Shown here: positions 1 through 10,632 of the stretch, one piece after another | Position numbering within the stretch: position 1 is the stretch's first letter | How the letters are laid out: each line of letters begins with the position of its first letter | Assembly (NCBI GenBank): GCA_964493715.1 | Contig: CAZBPC010000008.1 | Coordinates: forward strand, 9,714-73,713 | From: an uncultured archaeon | GTDB taxonomy: Archaea > Asgardarchaeota > Lokiarchaeia > Sigyniarchaeales > SOKP01 | Reading direction: 5' to 3' | DNA length: 64,000 bases | The notes under the pieces: generated by a model | Seen by the model: only the letters and a program-made list of their open reading frames with translations | What the model was told of the DNA's origin: nothing | The model's database searches: none | Position numbers and translations under genes: made by a program

Positions 1-276
1 TCAAAAGGATCAAATGATATCGTAGGAATACTCTCATCAATGCTGGAAAATGGAGATACAATTTGGTTAACTTTAGAACCAAGAGAAGTAGGAGAACAGA
101 CCATCCAAATTTTCTTAATGGATGAATATGGCACCATTATCGAAGGAAAAACTCGTGCAATAAAAATAACTAAAAATATAAAGGATTATTTCAAGAAATT
201 GACTTCAATAGGGTCCCTACTCGGAGGTCTCGCAGTCCCAATCGCAAAAATGCTCCCTTATCTATTAACCCCCTAA
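1..276 (+). CDS. Hypothetical protein, 3' part (frame open from window start), C-terminal hydrophobic segment
   Basis: Frame is open from position 1 to TAA at 274-276; followed by a T-rich tract. Confidence 0.6.
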   Translation, partial: SKGSNDIVGILSSMLENGDTIWLTLEPREVGEQTIQIFLMDEYGTIIEGKTRAIKITKNIKDYFKKLTSIGSLLGGLAVPIAKMLPYLLTP

Positions 277-445
277 TCTTATTTTCTTTTTTTATTAAAT
301 TTTGATTTGATAATTAATTTTATGCAATTTTAATAAACATTTATTTAATAATAATTGCTCTAGATTTTAAATATCTATAATTTGGGAGAACTCTTATAAC
401 TATTTAATCTTTAGCTTTACTTCCACGGAGATAAAAAGTAAATTA

Positions 446-459
446 TTAGACATAACAAA
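446..459. promoter_or_regulatory. Possible DtxR/IdeR-type metal-repressor operator upstream of feoA
   Basis: TTAG-ACATAA-CAAA is one mismatch from TTAG-N6-CTAA; it lies just upstream of TATA-like TTTAAAT (464-470) and the iron uptake genes. Confidence 0.3.
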
Positions 460-514
460 CAAGTTTAAATGGATTCAATGATAACATTATATGAGAAAAA
501 AAAAATGATTTACT

Positions 515-817
515 ATGCATAGAATATGGCAGAAGAGAGTACCATTTCAAAGCGATAAAAACTATGTTCCGTTATTAAAATGTTTAACCGAATGTGATAA
601 AGGAAAAGAACTTGAAGTTGTGAACGTGGAAGCGGGGTATCATGCAAAAAGGAGATTAACTCAACTTGGACTATTTCCTGGTACGAAAATAATAAAAAAA
701 CAATCTGCACCATGGAACGGTCCTGTGGAAATAATAGTTAGGGGTACTTCTTTAGTGATAGGTCGTGGATTAGCTGCTAAAATTATGGTTTTATGTCATG
801 ATCATTGTTCCACCTAA
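515..817 (+). CDS. feoA: Ferrous iron transport protein A
   Basis: RRLTQLGLFPGTKI..APWNGPVEI.VRGT.L.IGRGLAAKI FeoA signature; directly upstream of feoB. Confidence 0.92.
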   Translation: MHRIWQKRVPFQSDKNYVPLLKCLTECDKGKELEVVNVEAGYHAKRRLTQLGLFPGTKIIKKQSAPWNGPVEIIVRGTSLVIGRGLAAKIMVLCHDHCST

Positions 818-862
818 TTTTTAGAAAGATTTTAATATTTTATAAACTCACGGTTACTAATA

Positions 863-2887
863 ATGAGTTGCCATGATCCAAAAAGGAATATCTCTAATGA
901 AAAGGGAGAAAATGTAATAAACATTGCTCTTGCTGGAAACCCAAACGTGGGAAAATCAGTCATTTTCAATCAACTAACGGGATTATCTCAAACTATAGGA
1001 AATTGGCCGGGAAAAACTGTTGAAAGAATGGAAGGACACTTAGAGTTTTTAGGATATCATTTCAACTTGGTTGATTTACCCGGAATTTACTCCCTATCAA
1101 CTTACACTTTGGAAGAAATTGTCTCTCGAGAATACATTGTATCTGAGGAAGTAGATCTTATAATTAACGTAATTGATGCAACAAATTTGGAAAGGAACCT
1201 CTTCCTAACTTTTCAGTTATTAGAATTAAAAATTCCCATTATTTTAGCTTTTAATCAGATGGATATTTTACGAAAGAGAAAAAGAGATTTAGATATAAAT
1301 AAGTTGAAAGAGTTATTCAACTGTCCTGTAGTTCCTGTCGTTGCAGTTCATGGTGTTGGCGTTCATGAATTATTAGAAGAAGCAATTTTTTTAGTAACAA
1401 GTGGAAATAAATGTAACCTACCTCCTGATGTAACTTCCTTTGGAAGAGAAATAGAGGAAATAATAGATTTGTTGAATAAGGAACTAATTTCAATATCAGG
1501 TTTTAAAGAAAAATCTCCTTATCCAGCAAGATTTCTTGCAATTAAATTATTGGAAAATGATGAAGAAATCTTAAAATTTGTAGAAATTAATTTGGGGTTA
1601 TCGATTGAAGGTATTAAATTAACTCAATTTAGAAAGGATTTAGAAGAATTACACGGGGAAGACATTAATACCATCATATCTTCTGAAATTTATAATAATA
1701 TTTTTCAGATAACTGAAAAAATCTTAATCGATCAACCTTTAGAAATAAAACGGAATAATTTTGCTGATATAATTGACCACTTGACCACACATTCAATATG
1801 GGGGTATATTATTTTGATTTTAGTTCTCTTAGGGATATATCTCTTTACATTTACTATTGGAAACGTATTAGGAGGGTTCATTGATGAGATTTATTTAGTT
1901 TGGACGAATCAAATTTATCTAATATTTCAAGCGGATAATCTTCTAGTTCAAGTATTATGGAATGGAGGAATGGGAGGATTTATGGGTGCAATATCAGGAG
2001 TATTAGTATTTGTTATTCCATTTTTTTTTACAATCGAATTGTTACAAGATTCGGGTTACCTCCCTCGTGCAGCATTTATGATGGACAAGATAATGCATAT
2101 ATTGGGTGTACATGGAAAAACCGTGATTCCGATGGTTTTAGGATTTGGTTGTAATGTTCCCGCTTGTGCTGGTTGTAGGATAATGGAAACGGAACGTGAG
2201 AAGAAAATCTCTATTGCTTTAACTTCTCTTATCCCATGTGCTGCTGTAATGACTGTAGTAATGGGATTAGTTGGAAGATATGTGGGGTTAGGATGGGTAT
2301 TAGTGCTATTTGGTATTAATCTTGCAACTATTTTGATTGTTGGACGGATCCTAAATAAAACAATGCCTGGAACTTGCACTGAATTGATAATGGAAATGCA
2401 TGCATATAGGACTCCAAACTATAAAGTTATCCTCAAGCAAACTTGGATCCGTTCCAAAGAATTCATCTTTAGAGCTCTTCCAATAATTATTGTCTTTGGA
2501 ATAGTTTTGGAAATCTTGTTCCTTTTTAAAATCTTGGAACCAATAAACTTAATTTTATCTCCAATTACTTCTATTTGGCTTGGTTTGCCAGTTGCAACTG
2601 GTGTTTTTCTTATTTACGGAATTTTGAGGAAAGAATTGACTTTAGTTTTATTAGGAGTATTTGCTGAAAATGTAGGATTGACAATTACTCAACTACTCAC
2701 TCCGTTTCAGATGATAACATTCAGTTTAGTAACAATGCTTTATATTCCTTGTTTCGCAACAATTATCATAATCGCTAAGCAAACTAATTGGAAATACGCG
2801 ATTCAAATTTCATTTTTAGAAATTGGTCTAGCACTAACAATTGGAGGAATTATTAATTTTATTTTTATCTTGCTTGGTGCTTCTTAA
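863..2887 (+). CDS. feoB: Ferrous iron transport protein B
   Basis: G1 GNPNVGKS, GNWPGKTVE, DLPGIYSL, NLERNL, LGFGCNVPA gate, multiple TM helices, LYIPC. Confidence 0.97.
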   Translation: MSCHDPKRNISNEKGENVINIALAGNPNVGKSVIFNQLTGLSQTIGNWPGKTVERMEGHLEFLGYHFNLVDLPGIYSLSTYTLEEIVSREYIVSEEVDLIINVIDATNLERNLFLTFQLLELKIPIILAFNQMDILRKRKRDLDINKLKELFNCPVVPVVAVHGVGVHELLEEAIFLVTSGNKCNLPPDVTSFGREIEEIIDLLNKELISISGFKEKSPYPARFLAIKLLENDEEILKFVEINLGLSIEGIKLTQFRKDLEELHGEDINTIISSEIYNNIFQITEKILIDQPLEIKRNNFADIIDHLTTHSIWGYIILILVLLGIYLFTFTIGNVLGGFIDEIYLVWTNQIYLIFQADNLLVQVLWNGGMGGFMGAISGVLVFVIPFFFTIELLQDSGYLPRAAFMMDKIMHILGVHGKTVIPMVLGFGCNVPACAGCRIMETEREKKISIALTSLIPCAAVMTVVMGLVGRYVGLGWVLVLFGINLATILIVGRILNKTMPGTCTELIMEMHAYRTPNYKVILKQTWIRSKEFIFRALPIIIVFGIVLEILFLFKILEPINLILSPITSIWLGLPVATGVFLIYGILRKELTLVLLGVFAENVGLTITQLLTPFQMITFSLVTMLYIPCFATIIIIAKQTNWKYAIQISFLEIGLALTIGGIINFIFILLGAS

Positions 2888-3154
2888 TCATTGATTTTAA
2901 TATTTTTAAATTCCGCCAAATTAGGTTCTTAAAATTATATTTTAGGTGATGTGGTATAGTAAAAATTCATCATAAATTCCAAATATGTAAAAATAATTTC
3001 TAAAAATCTACAAATAAATACCATAATTAGTCATCAAGATTAATAAAATTGTCCTTGAAATTATCAAAGTTAATAATTAACTTTTAATGCATTTCTTAAT
3101 TTCTATCCTCAACATTCTAAAATTAGTAATTAAACATATATTGAGATAAATAAT

Positions 3155-3820
3155 ATGACAATTATCACTACAAAAAAGCCGTTTGAAGAAGTATTAGCAG
3201 CAATTAAAGATATAAAAAGAATCACTATTGTTTCTTGCGCTAGTTGTGCTGCCATGTGTCAAACTGGAGGAACTGAAGGTGCTAAAGAAATGGCAGAGAA
3301 ATTAGAGGCAGAAGGTTTTGAGATCTCGACAGTGATTGTACCTGAGGAAGTATGTGATAATCGAGTTATGAAGACAGATTTTCGTAAAATTGAAGAAGAG
3401 CTTCAACATACTGATGCCATCCTTACTCTAAGTTGTGGACTGGGAGTTGCAAGTATTACCGAAGTTCTTTCAAAAAAATTTCCTCTAATCCCTGTTTTTG
3501 TTGGCACCAATACTGAATTTATGGGAATGACAGAACGAATTGGACGTTTTTTTATGCGGTGTCAAGGCTGTGGTGCTTGTCTTTTGAATGAAACTGGAGG
3601 AATTTGTCCCATTACAACTTGCGCTAAATCTTTAATGAATGGACCATGTGGTGGAATGGTTGATGGCAAGTGTGAAGTAGGTAAGTATGAGAAAGATTGT
3701 GGATGGGTTTTAATATATAAACGCTTGAAAGAACTTGGACGATTGGATCTATTCTCAAAACTAAGAGATTCTGTAGATTGGAGTGAAAGAGGTCATCAAC
3801 GAGAAGTCGTATGGAGGTAG
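3155..3820 (+). CDS. metV: MetV-like Fe-S subunit of methylenetetrahydrofolate reductase (MTHFR C-terminal-like domain)
   Basis: CxxCAAMCQTGG, RCQGCGAC, ICPITTCAKSLMNGPCGG..GKCEV..CGW motifs; coupled to metF. Confidence 0.85.
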   Translation: MTIITTKKPFEEVLAAIKDIKRITIVSCASCAAMCQTGGTEGAKEMAEKLEAEGFEISTVIVPEEVCDNRVMKTDFRKIEEELQHTDAILTLSCGLGVASITEVLSKKFPLIPVFVGTNTEFMGMTERIGRFFMRCQGCGACLLNETGGICPITTCAKSLMNGPCGGMVDGKCEVGKYEKDCGWVLIYKRLKELGRLDLFSKLRDSVDWSERGHQREVVWR

Positions 3821-3825
3821 AAAAA

Positions 3826-4758
3826 ATGACAGAGAGAAAAATATATTCTAAATTAGGAGAAAAACTCGCAAATGGTGAATTTATTCTTACTGGGGAGTTA
3901 GAACCCGAAAAAACAACAGATTTAAGCCATACAATTCATGAAGCAAAACAAATGGCTCCATATGTTGTTGCAGCAAACGTTACAGATAGTCCTTTAGGAA
4001 TAGTGACAATTAATAGTATGGCTGCTACTCATATAATTCAGCGCGAATCAGGATTAGAATGTATTTGGCAGTTGACTGTTAGGGATGTGAATAAATTAGG
4101 CATTGCTGGGATGATGATGGGTGCATATGCTCTAGGAATCCAAAACGTTCTATCACTCACCGGAGATCACACTGCATTAGGAGATATGCCTGAAAGTAAA
4201 CCAGTTTTCGATTTGGACTCCGCAACATTAGTTAAACTTGTACGAGAGATGGTAGATAAGGGTTCAATCAATGGTTATGAAATAGAAGCTCCACCAAAAT
4301 TACATGTTGGAGCTGCTGCAAATCCAAATGCGAATCCAATAGAGGCAGAAATACTTAAGATTGGACGAAAAGCCGAAGCTGGAGCTGAGTTTATCCAGAC
4401 TCAAGTAGTATATGATTTAGAAAAAACTATCGAATTTTTGACAGCTATTAGAAAGTTTAATGTACCCGTTTTGCTAGGAATATTTCCAATGAAGAGCTAT
4501 GGCATAGCAAAAGGTTTTGATGAGTTTGTGCCAGGCGTAAGCGTGCCTAAAGAGATATTAGCACGTTGGAAATCCATTAAAAAAGATGTTCCCGATAAAC
4601 AAATGCAAAATGAAGCTTATGATCAAGCTAATTACGAGTTTTTTAAACCATTTATAACTGAACTTAAAAAGAAGAAACTGTTAGCAGGAGTTCACTGTAT
4701 GGCGGTCCATTACCCCCGAATTTTCCCCAAACTCCAAGAAGTTGTTTTTAGTAAATAA
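3826..4758 (+). CDS. metF: Methylenetetrahydrofolate reductase (bacterial MetF type)
   Basis: GELEP, ANVTD, QLTVRD.N, L.LTGD, K..AGAEFIQTQ motifs; likely start ATG 3826 after GGAGG (ORF track starts at 3811). Confidence 0.9.
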   Translation: MTERKIYSKLGEKLANGEFILTGELEPEKTTDLSHTIHEAKQMAPYVVAANVTDSPLGIVTINSMAATHIIQRESGLECIWQLTVRDVNKLGIAGMMMGAYALGIQNVLSLTGDHTALGDMPESKPVFDLDSATLVKLVREMVDKGSINGYEIEAPPKLHVGAAANPNANPIEAEILKIGRKAEAGAEFIQTQVVYDLEKTIEFLTAIRKFNVPVLLGIFPMKSYGIAKGFDEFVPGVSVPKEILARWKSIKKDVPDKQMQNEAYDQANYEFFKPFITELKKKKLLAGVHCMAVHYPRIFPKLQEVVFSK

Positions 4759-4908
4759 ACGAGAATATTTGGTATGATATCTCAGATAATCTCATTTTAT
4801 TTTTTTTAATAAAAACCTGATTTTTTTATATTTTATAAAATCCAAATTTATATTTCATCTAAAGTTCTTATAAATGACGCTTTAGTCATAAGTTATATCT
4901 TTAAGACT

Positions 4909-6042
4909 TTGCAGATGTTAACCGAAAATATTGAAATGGAGCTGTTTAAAAAAGGATTTGAAAAGTCTCCAAATTCACGAGTTCTTGCAGAATTCCGAAA
5001 CAAGAATGTAGCCATACTTCGAGTGAATAAAGCTTTTACAGATTTTTATGGGTACAATGAGGATGAAGTAATTGGGGAGAATCCAAGAATATTGAATTCA
5101 AAAAAGATGGGATTAGATTATTTCCAGAGAATGTGGGAATCAATCCTAAATCCTGAAATAGGATATTGGAAAAATGATATAATTAATAAAAAGAAAAATG
5201 GAGATTTAATTAACGTAATTCTTACTATTAATACGATTTTTGACGAAAAGAGTGTACCGATATACTTTACGGCTTACCACGTAGATATAACAGAACGAAA
5301 AAAAGCCGAAGAAAAATTGAAAGAAGCAGAATCAAGATCAAAGAAAGCTTATGAACAAGTCAACTTTTATAAGGACATTTTCGCTCATGATATAAATAAC
5401 ATATTACAAATCATATTATCATCAGCAGAATTAATTTCTTACTATTTAGGTATGCCTGAAAAGTTACCGACTATTAAAAGATTGAATAAATCAATTTTTG
5501 ATCAAGTCACTCGAGGTAATAAACTAATTGAAAATGTTCGAAAACTATCACAAGTAGAGGAATCTAAACAGAATCTCAAAAGATTGATTATTGCTCCCGT
5601 ATTAGATGAATCAATCAGACTTGTTAAACAAGGAATTCAAAATAAGAATGTAAACATTCAAGTTGAGAATTATAAAGAAAAATTAGCTGTAAATGCTGAC
5701 GATTTATTAATAGATGTATTTGAAAATTTACTTTATAATAGTGTAAGACATAATAATAACGATAATGTAGAGATATTGATTAGAATTTCTCAGATTAAGT
5801 CAAAGGATTTAATCAAAATGGAGTTTATTGATAATGGAATGGGCATTGAAGATGAAAGAAAAGAAAGTATTTTTCAAAAAAAATCAAATATTAATAGAGG
5901 AGGACGTAGTATGGGCTTAGGTTTATCATTGGTCATGAAAATTTTGAAAAAATATAATGGAACAATACGGATTGAAAATAAAATTCCTAATGATTCTGCT
6001 AAAGGGAGTAAATTTACCTTATTACTTCCAAATGCCAAATAA
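4909..6042 (+). CDS. PAS-domain sensor histidine kinase
   Basis: PAS (VNKAF..GY...EVIGENPRIL), H-box FAHDINN, N-box NLLYNSVRH, DNGMGI, GLGLSLV. Confidence 0.92.
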   Translation: MQMLTENIEMELFKKGFEKSPNSRVLAEFRNKNVAILRVNKAFTDFYGYNEDEVIGENPRILNSKKMGLDYFQRMWESILNPEIGYWKNDIINKKKNGDLINVILTINTIFDEKSVPIYFTAYHVDITERKKAEEKLKEAESRSKKAYEQVNFYKDIFAHDINNILQIILSSAELISYYLGMPEKLPTIKRLNKSIFDQVTRGNKLIENVRKLSQVEESKQNLKRLIIAPVLDESIRLVKQGIQNKNVNIQVENYKEKLAVNADDLLIDVFENLLYNSVRHNNNDNVEILIRISQIKSKDLIKMEFIDNGMGIEDERKESIFQKKSNINRGGRSMGLGLSLVMKILKKYNGTIRIENKIPNDSAKGSKFTLLLPNAK

Positions 6043-6075
6043 TGCTAAAATGATAAAATTCCTTTAATTTTTAAA

Positions 6076-6172
6076 TCATTACTAAAAACTTTATATGTTA
6101 TACTTATCCGTTTGAAAGTATGAAAAAAATGATTTGGTTGTAATTAGATCTGGATCTGGTTTAAATGTTCTT
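6076..6172 (+). pseudogene. Degenerate remnant of an lpdA promoter and 5' end
   Basis: TCATTACTAAAAACTTTA is identical to 15371-15388, with the same spacing to the ATG; frameshifted DLVVIRSGSGLNVL versus DLVVIGSGAGLNVL of the gene at 15415. Confidence 0.8.
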
Positions 6173-6230
6173 AAGTTGTATTTAGTTAAAATAAGAGAAT
6201 AACTGATATATCTTGTCAGTTTTTCTCATT

Positions 6231-6926
6231 TTATTTTCTTGAGAATGGTGTTTTTTCTCTAATTTTAATCACATAAAATAAATATCCGAATGGGTATTTA
6301 ATTTGTTTTATATGAAAAGCATCAAAAGCAAACAATTCCCGAGCAGATAATAAAAATTGATAATACACATTTTTATCTAGTATAATATCAACTATTCCAT
6401 CGAGCTGGAAACTTAAAAATTTTGGTGCTAATCCAGTATAAAGTAATGACGCAAAAGGATTTTTCATCAGATTTTTAGCAGTTGTCCCTTCAAATATTTC
6501 TAGACCGCCTAATAGATATGGATCAAAATTTTCAGTATTTTTATAAAATTTTAAGGCAGTTTCCATTCTTAGAGTAATTGAATCTTCCCATGGACCGGAA
6601 TCAGATGATTTTTTAGCTTTGATAAATAATTCAAGAAAATTATTAAGTTTCTCATGCAATGGTAATAATCCTAAACCTTTTGTAGTTAAATTAATGAATG
6701 GCTCGTCTTCCCCTTTTGTCGCCAATACGGGGAGATGAGCTGGTAGGGTTTTAATTGAATGCATCCCTGCTTTCTGTAATTGATCAAACATTCCTAATCT
6801 AGCGTTCGATTGCCATTGTAAGAAAGTATATGGCAAAGGTTGAATTTGATATTTTTTAATCTCTCCATTTTGATTTTTTATGCTTACATTTTCATTTTCT
6901 CGAACAATCTCATATTCCAAGTTCAT
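6231..6926 (-). CDS. Hypothetical protein, possible pyridoxamine-5'-phosphate-oxidase-like FMN-binding split barrel
   Basis: T..NL..NP.ASLL...SFQL.G pattern resembles PNPOx-like proteins. Confidence 0.5.
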   Translation of the reverse strand: MNLEYEIVRENENVSIKNQNGEIKKYQIQPLPYTFLQWQSNARLGMFDQLQKAGMHSIKTLPAHLPVLATKGEDEPFINLTTKGLGLLPLHEKLNNFLELFIKAKKSSDSGPWEDSITLRMETALKFYKNTENFDPYLLGGLEIFEGTTAKNLMKNPFASLLYTGLAPKFLSFQLDGIVDIILDKNVYYQFLLSARELFAFDAFHIKQIKYPFGYLFYVIKIREKTPFSRK

Positions 6927-7150
6927 TTCTACTTCCCTTTTATAGATTTATGATTTCGATAGATCTTTTTAAAATCATGTCCAATCATTTTTTATCTATC
7001 CTCTTCTTTAAATGAAAGCACTTTTAATAAATTTATTCTACTGAATATGATTAAGATTGGCTCTAAATTATTTACATTCTCTTACCAATTGTTTAGGACT
7101 AAAATTTAGTTTTAATTATAAGAGTGAATATCTTTATAAGCATCTTTAAT

Positions 7151-8365
7151 CTACTTTAGTTTACCTTCCATTCCAAATTTGTTTGCCATATTTTCAACAA
7201 GCTCTGGCAGAATTTCTGAGATCCCTTTTTCGCAAGCAAAATCCTCTATCATTTTTCTTACCATATTTCTCACAAAAGCGGGAATTTTCTCAGTTAATTT
7301 TTCTGCTTCAGGGTTCCATTTGATTTGTTTTACATCTGAAGTTTCTATGTTTAGTTCATCTATCTTTTTATCAGAAGGATTAATAACAAGAACATTACTT
7401 TTACTAAATATAGCACAATTAAATACATGAGAACCTATTAAAGAAATATCTTCTTTATGAAGTCCCCACCTCCCTAGAACAATTAAATCAGAATTCTTGA
7501 GATTACTATATTCTATGATTTTTATGTATACTTTACCCGCGAGCACGTTTATATTTAACGGAATTTTTTTGGAATCTGCTATTAATCGGGCTTTTTTTAA
7601 TCCGTCTAAATATAACGTTTCTAAACCCTTATCAATTATTTCATCATGAATTTTTTCTTGTGCTGTGAAATTGAACTTTTTCTGAGCTTCCATAGGTAAT
7701 ACGTCTGCTATTTTTCTAAAAATTGCAGTATGAAAATAAGGATCGTATACAGCAATAGCTTCAATATTAGTATTATAGATATTTGCGAAGCTAAGAGCTT
7801 TTAATAAAGCAGCATAAGAATTATTACTTCCATCAATCCCCACTACAATGGGATTATATTTAAAAAGCATTGGCTTTTTTACAATTAATAAATCTGATTT
7901 TAAGCTATGCAATAAAATCCTTTGAGTTAAGCTTCCAAGAGCATTTACTTCCTCTTTTCCATGTCCCCATCCACCCAAGATTATTAAATCAGGATTTATT
8001 TTATCGATAACTTCAAGAAGTTTAGAATAATTTCTACCTTCTGGAGTGATTCCTTCAACTTTCAAATCCATTTCTAAAGCCTTTTTAGCTATTGGGGCTA
8101 AATAGGCATCTGAAATTAATTGCATTCCATCTGTTATTAAATCTTCATGAGTATCTCTCAAATAATTTAATTTTTCTGCTTCTTGATATCTCTCTGGTAA
8201 TCCCGATTCCATTTCAATAAATCTATACTTATGCATTTTTGATGCATAGACATGGCATCCATACAATGTACTTGAATTTGAATTTTCTGCAATCTTTAAT
8301 GCAATTTCTTCTGCCATATCTGAATAGATTGAACCGTCTAAAGCTATAAGGATCTTATTATACAT
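7151..8365 (-). CDS. Tandem universal stress protein with C-terminal PCP-reductase-like (ChlB C-terminal) helical domain
   Basis: Two USP repeats (KILIALDGS, DLIILG..G....LGS; IVVGIDGS, DLIVLG.WG...IGS); C-terminal W.PEA....KIPAFVR.MVRK.IE.FA. Confidence 0.85.
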   Translation of the reverse strand: MYNKILIALDGSIYSDMAEEIALKIAENSNSSTLYGCHVYASKMHKYRFIEMESGLPERYQEAEKLNYLRDTHEDLITDGMQLISDAYLAPIAKKALEMDLKVEGITPEGRNYSKLLEVIDKINPDLIILGGWGHGKEEVNALGSLTQRILLHSLKSDLLIVKKPMLFKYNPIVVGIDGSNNSYAALLKALSFANIYNTNIEAIAVYDPYFHTAIFRKIADVLPMEAQKKFNFTAQEKIHDEIIDKGLETLYLDGLKKARLIADSKKIPLNINVLAGKVYIKIIEYSNLKNSDLIVLGRWGLHKEDISLIGSHVFNCAIFSKSNVLVINPSDKKIDELNIETSDVKQIKWNPEAEKLTEKIPAFVRNMVRKMIEDFACEKGISEILPELVENMANKFGMEGKLK

Positions 8366-8383
8366 AATTCTTATAAAAACCGA

Positions 8384-9370
8384 TTATTTTAATTGTTTTC
8401 TTTCTATTTTAATCTTTCTACGTTTTATTATAGCAAAAATCAACCCAATTAAGGATAGTGCAAATATTATCCCAAATGCAATGAGAAAGAAATAAAATTC
8501 AAATCCAATAAAACCACAATCATTGTCTTCAAGTATATTCTCTATACAATCATTATCAACAATATAACAATAAGTATTCTCTTTTAAGTTATTTTGAATA
8601 ATATTATTATAATTTGAATTTTGAGTTAAACGGAGTCCCAGATAATTATAATTAGCTATATTTAAAGTTACATTATTATAGGTACTATTACCTAAAAGAA
8701 TTCCTATGGCAGTATTATGTAAAACGGAGTTTTTTGATAGAGTATTATTATGACTTTTAAATAGAATTACACCAAATCCACTTGTAGCGTCTTTCCCTTG
8801 GTAATTTGCGTTATTATGAAATACATAATTATTACAACTCTCGTTTAGTCCAATCCCGATGTAACTATTATTAAAAAGAATATTTTGAATAATCGAAATA
8901 TTATAACTTTTAACCAAGGATATTCCGGTACCAATATTAGAAGAGATTGTATTATTTATCAAAATTCCTTTGGTAGAATTGAAAATATTGATTTCAGCAT
9001 TGTATATTGAAGCTCCAGAGCCAGCGATTTTACAATTTCTGATAATGAAATAATCCAGAGAGTTTTCTATAGTAATAGCATTATTACCATTCTTGAGATT
9101 TTCAATTGTTATGTTTTCAATTATAAAGGGGTCATTAAAAGTGCCAGATCCTGAAATGAAATCATAAACAGCTTCACTAGCTGACCAATTGTTATTAATA
9201 TGAATTTCATTTGTGAGGTTCCAATAATTAGATATTTTAGGAGATAAAAGAATATATTCTGATTTAAAATTTGTCTGAATTGGAGAAAATACTAAAAAAT
9301 TAAAGCTGATTAACCAACAAAAAAGAATGAAGGAGATAAAATTGAGTTTATATTTATCAATAAATTTCAT
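8384..9370 (-). CDS. Secreted, membrane-anchored parallel beta-helix (NosD-like) protein
   Basis: N-terminal hydrophobic segment, GSGT..DPFIIEN motif, repeated N.I..N..GI.L units, C-terminal TM plus basic tail. Confidence 0.85.
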   Translation of the reverse strand: MKFIDKYKLNFISFILFCWLISFNFLVFSPIQTNFKSEYILLSPKISNYWNLTNEIHINNNWSASEAVYDFISGSGTFNDPFIIENITIENLKNGNNAITIENSLDYFIIRNCKIAGSGASIYNAEINIFNSTKGILINNTISSNIGTGISLVKSYNISIIQNILFNNSYIGIGLNESCNNYVFHNNANYQGKDATSGFGVILFKSHNNTLSKNSVLHNTAIGILLGNSTYNNVTLNIANYNYLGLRLTQNSNYNNIIQNNLKENTYCYIVDNDCIENILEDNDCGFIGFEFYFFLIAFGIIFALSLIGLIFAIIKRRKIKIERKQLK

Positions 9371-9452
9371 GTTTGACTATTCCATAATTTTTTTATGCTT
9401 GAATTCAAATTTAGATGATTATTAACTACAACAAATTAATAATTTTTTAAAT

Positions 9453-9701
9453 TTACTCCGATACAAATGGATCCCTTATAGTCATATATACTAGGAAACC
9501 AATAAAGCCTGAAAAAAGTATTGCGACTAACCATGCCTTATACTTCATTTTCCTTTTCTTTGCATTTTTATAAGACCAGATTGCCAAAACAGCACCAATC
9601 AGAAAATATACTAATACAAGCATCCCAAGAATTGGAGGATTTCCAAAAATAAAAGCACCCAAACCCTCATCAAATCCGGGCTTATTATAGAAAAATAACA
9701 A
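9453..9701 (-). CDS. Small two-TM membrane protein (PLDc_N-like)
   Basis: W.YK.AKKR....AW...I..G.IG...Y...R pattern; AGGAG upstream. Confidence 0.6.
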   Translation of the reverse strand: MLFFYNKPGFDEGLGAFIFGNPPILGMLVLVYFLIGAVLAIWSYKNAKKRKMKYKAWLVAILFSGFIGFLVYMTIRDPFVSE

Positions 9702-9773
9702 TCATAACAACTCCTTTTTATATTTATTTTTATTATTAATAATAATTATTTGTTTATTATTCATTTTTAAATT

Positions 9774-10391
9774 TTAAGCTTTAATCTTAAAATCTTTTTT
9801 TTGGCATAAAAAAAGTCCAAATCCAATAGGGAAAATTTTTTTATCAACGATGATCATTTTGGCATTTTTAATAGCTCTGTAAAATTCAAACCATTCGAAC
9901 CTTGATTTTTCTGGATGTTTAATCCCCATAAATCTATCAAAAAAATCAAGTAATCGTTTATTTAGCTCATCGATTAGAAGGAAACCTCCTGGTTTTAAGA
10001 TCCTATTAATCTCTTTTAACGCTTTAGGATAATCAGGAACGTGATGGAGAACAGTAAATATAAATATAACATCAAACATGTTAGAAGGAAAATCTACATT
10101 AGTAATATTTCCAATAGAGATCTTAGTATTCAAATTTCTTTTCTTAGCTTTTAAAACTTGTTCGGGTAATATATCAAAACCGTAAAGGCTTAAGGGATGA
10201 AACTTCTCATGAATTAATTGTAACCCAAATCCTGAACCACATCCCGCGTCTAAAATTATTTTATTTGTAATATGGATATCGTGAGATTTTAAAAATTTTC
10301 TGAATACGATCATTTCAAAATACTTTAGCATAAACCTCTTCAAAAAACTATTGACAAATATCTTATCCAGAGTATCTATTACTAATACCAC
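9774..10391 (-). CDS. Class I SAM-dependent methyltransferase
   Basis: ILDAGCGSG, FDVIF...VLHHV, RILKPGG. Confidence 0.93.
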   Translation of the reverse strand: MVLVIDTLDKIFVNSFLKRFMLKYFEMIVFRKFLKSHDIHITNKIILDAGCGSGFGLQLIHEKFHPLSLYGFDILPEQVLKAKKRNLNTKISIGNITNVDFPSNMFDVIFIFTVLHHVPDYPKALKEINRILKPGGFLLIDELNKRLLDFFDRFMGIKHPEKSRFEWFEFYRAIKNAKMIIVDKKIFPIGFGLFLCQKKDFKIKA

Positions 10392-10632
10392 TTTTTATCC
10401 TTTATACTTTAATTAATAGAGATTTAGTTCCTATAGAGTTGAATTACAGAAAGTTGTTAATATAAAAAAGGTTTATGTTATAGAACATTAATGCTATTCA
10501 ATTATCAATCAAAAAATTTACTAAAAGAGAGCAATAATTAAAATAATTTTTAAATAGGGGGAATCCTATTTTCGAAAGGAAAAATTTAAATATTAAAAGA
10601 ACTCGTACTTTTATTATTTAGAGGTTATTAAT

